Shown here: positions 34,297 to 35,823 of the stretch, in pieces | How positions within the stretch are numbered: position 1 is the first letter of the stretch | How the letters are laid out: the number at the start of each line of letters is the position of its first letter | Sequence record: SRR20825006_1377 | Reading direction: 5' to 3' (one strand) | DNA length: 35,823 nt | Notes under the pieces: model-generated | The model's database searches: none | The model's input: only the letters and a program-made list of their open reading frames with translations | What the model was told of the DNA's origin: nothing | Translations under genes and position numbers: made by a program

Positions 34297-35823
34297 CTCA
34301 TAGCATCTCTGACCAGATCGGCCTCCGCTTCGCCCAGGATGGCGTCCTGCACGGATGCGCCTGAAACCGGTTCCTTGCCGATTTCCAGCATGACGGGTAC
34401 GGCGAAGGGGCTGATCTTGGTGAGCGCCTGATGGTCGATCTTGTCACGGATCCGCACCAAGGCATCTGACAGGCGGCGCACATCGAGCAGGCCCGTCGCC
34501 GCGTCCTGCCGGGCGGCTTGCAGCAGGATATGGTCCGGCTCATGGCTGCGCAGCACGTCATAGATCAGGTCGGAGGAAAAACTCACCTGCCGTGAGTTCT
34601 TCTCCTTGCCGGGAAGGTTGCGGTGGATCAGGCCGGAAATCTGGGCGCAATGACCGAAGGTCCGCTTCATCAGCGCGCTCTCATCCAGCCAGCTTTCAAG
34701 ATCGTCACCCATCATGTCCGGATGGAACAGTGCGTCCATGTCCACTTCGGACATGTCCTCCATGCCCCACACCGCCATTGCATACTCACTGGCGACGAAA
34801 CCGGTGGGTTTTGCGCCCATCCGCTCCAGTCGCCGCGTCAGCAACATGCCCAGCGTCTGGTGTGCCAGTCGCCCCTCGAACGGATAGCAGACAAGGTAAT
34901 GCCGGTCGGCGCGCGGGAAAGTTTCGACCAGTAAATGATCCGCTGGCGGAATGGTGGATTTCAGCTTCTGGATTTCGAACCATTCGCGCACAGGGTCGGG
35001 CAACCCCTCCCATTGCGCTGGGTCATGGATCATCTTGCGGACGCGATCGGCCAGGAAGGTCGTCAACGGAAACTTGCCGCCATTATAGGACGGGATCGCC
35101 GGACGGTCGCCGACCGCACGCACGACCAGCGCATCCATACCGTCCACGCCGACAAGCCGGAGCACTTCGCCCGCGAAAAGAAATGTATCGCCCGGCGTCA
35201 GGGTGGAGAGGAAATACTCCTCCATCTCGCCCAGCTTGAGTCCGGCCCGCACGCTGCGCTTTTCGCCCGGCTTTTCCTTGCCGATGAATTGCGCCAGCCG
35301 CACGGCTAGCATGGGCGATTCCACAATTGCGCCGACATTCATCCGGTGGGCCTGCGCGTCGCGCGCCGTGCGCGCCACCCACACCCCGTCCGGGCGACGT
35401 ACAATACGGTGGAACCGGTCATAGGTCTTCAGCGCATAGCCCCCGCTCGCCACGAAATCGACGATCCGCTCATAGGTCTCCCAGTCGAGCCACGCATAGG
35501 GTGCGGCTCGGATAATATCCTCATAGAGTTCCTCCAGACGGAATCCGTCGCCACACGCCCGGCCCATGACATGCTGCGCCAGCACATCCAGCGAGCCCTC
35601 GCGGACCCCTTCCCCGTCAATCTCGCCGGCCTCGACCGCTGCCTCTGCCGCACGGCACTCCAGCACTTCGAACCGGTTCGTTGGCACAAGGACGGCCCGG
35701 CTGGCTTCATCCATCCGATGATTGGCCCGGCCGATGCGCTGGATCAGGCGCGCGGCCCCTTTCGGCGCGCCCATCTGGATCACGAGGTCCACCTCGCCCC
35801 AGTCGATGCCGAGATCGAGCGTG
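34293..35823 (-). CDS. Ligase-associated DNA damage response Lhr-type DEXH helicase, 3' part; begins beyond the right edge
   Basis: The frame stays open to the window edge (TLDLGIDWGEVDLVIQ). Motifs QRIGRANH (motif VI), LDVLAQH, PFEGRLAHQTLG and SPFAVP. Confidence 0.93.
   Translation of the reverse strand, partial: TLDLGIDWGEVDLVIQMGAPKGAARLIQRIGRANHRMDEASRAVLVPTNRFEVLECRAAEAAVEAGEIDGEGVREGSLDVLAQHVMGRACGDGFRLEELYEDIIRAAPYAWLDWETYERIVDFVASGGYALKTYDRFHRIVRRPDGVWVARTARDAQAHRMNVGAIVESPMLAVRLAQFIGKEKPGEKRSVRAGLKLGEMEEYFLSTLTPGDTFLFAGEVLRLVGVDGMDALVVRAVGDRPAIPSYNGGKFPLTTFLADRVRKMIHDPAQWEGLPDPVREWFEIQKLKSTIPPADHLLVETFPRADRHYLVCYPFEGRLAHQTLGMLLTRRLERMGAKPTGFVASEYAMAVWGMEDMSEVDMDALFHPDMMGDDLESWLDESALMKRTFGHCAQISGLIHRNLPGKEKNSRQVSFSSDLIYDVLRSHEPDHILLQAARQDAATGLLDVRRLSDALVRIRDKIDHQALTKISPFAVPVMLEIGKEPVSGASVQDAILGEAEADLVRDAMS

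Overview
This is a GC-rich, gene-dense chromosomal segment of an alphaproteobacterium. Gene content and protein style suggest Hyphomonadaceae/Caulobacterales (inference). It carries about 39 CDS and one tRNA-Leu(TAA), with no integrase, transposase, prophage or CRISPR array visible. The housekeeping scaffold is pccA (partial), a CinA-like gene, map, radC, thrB, rnhA, divergent mnmH(selU)/selD, an RhlE-like DEAD-box helicase, pdeM and a partial Lhr-type helicase. Small accessory cassettes interrupt it repeatedly: a cupin between map and radC, a membrane protein between thrB and rnhA, and a DCC1 + DUF4166-type pair between lhr and pdeM. The best candidate for an undescribed system is at 18697-20302. 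There a PiuC/YbiX-type Fe(II)/2OG dioxygenase, lacking its usual TonB-receptor partner, is divergently paired across a Fur-type box with an acidic lipoprotein carrying an EGGEGEGG motif and His/Glu/Tyr putative metal ligands. Several regulatory signals can be read directly: a triple TetR operator with a leaderless tetR, an EcfG/SigT-type promoter for osmC, tandem NtrC-like boxes before a TorF-type porin, a structured rhlE 5' leader, and SD-occluding hairpins. Family calls rest on recognised motifs; no database search was run.
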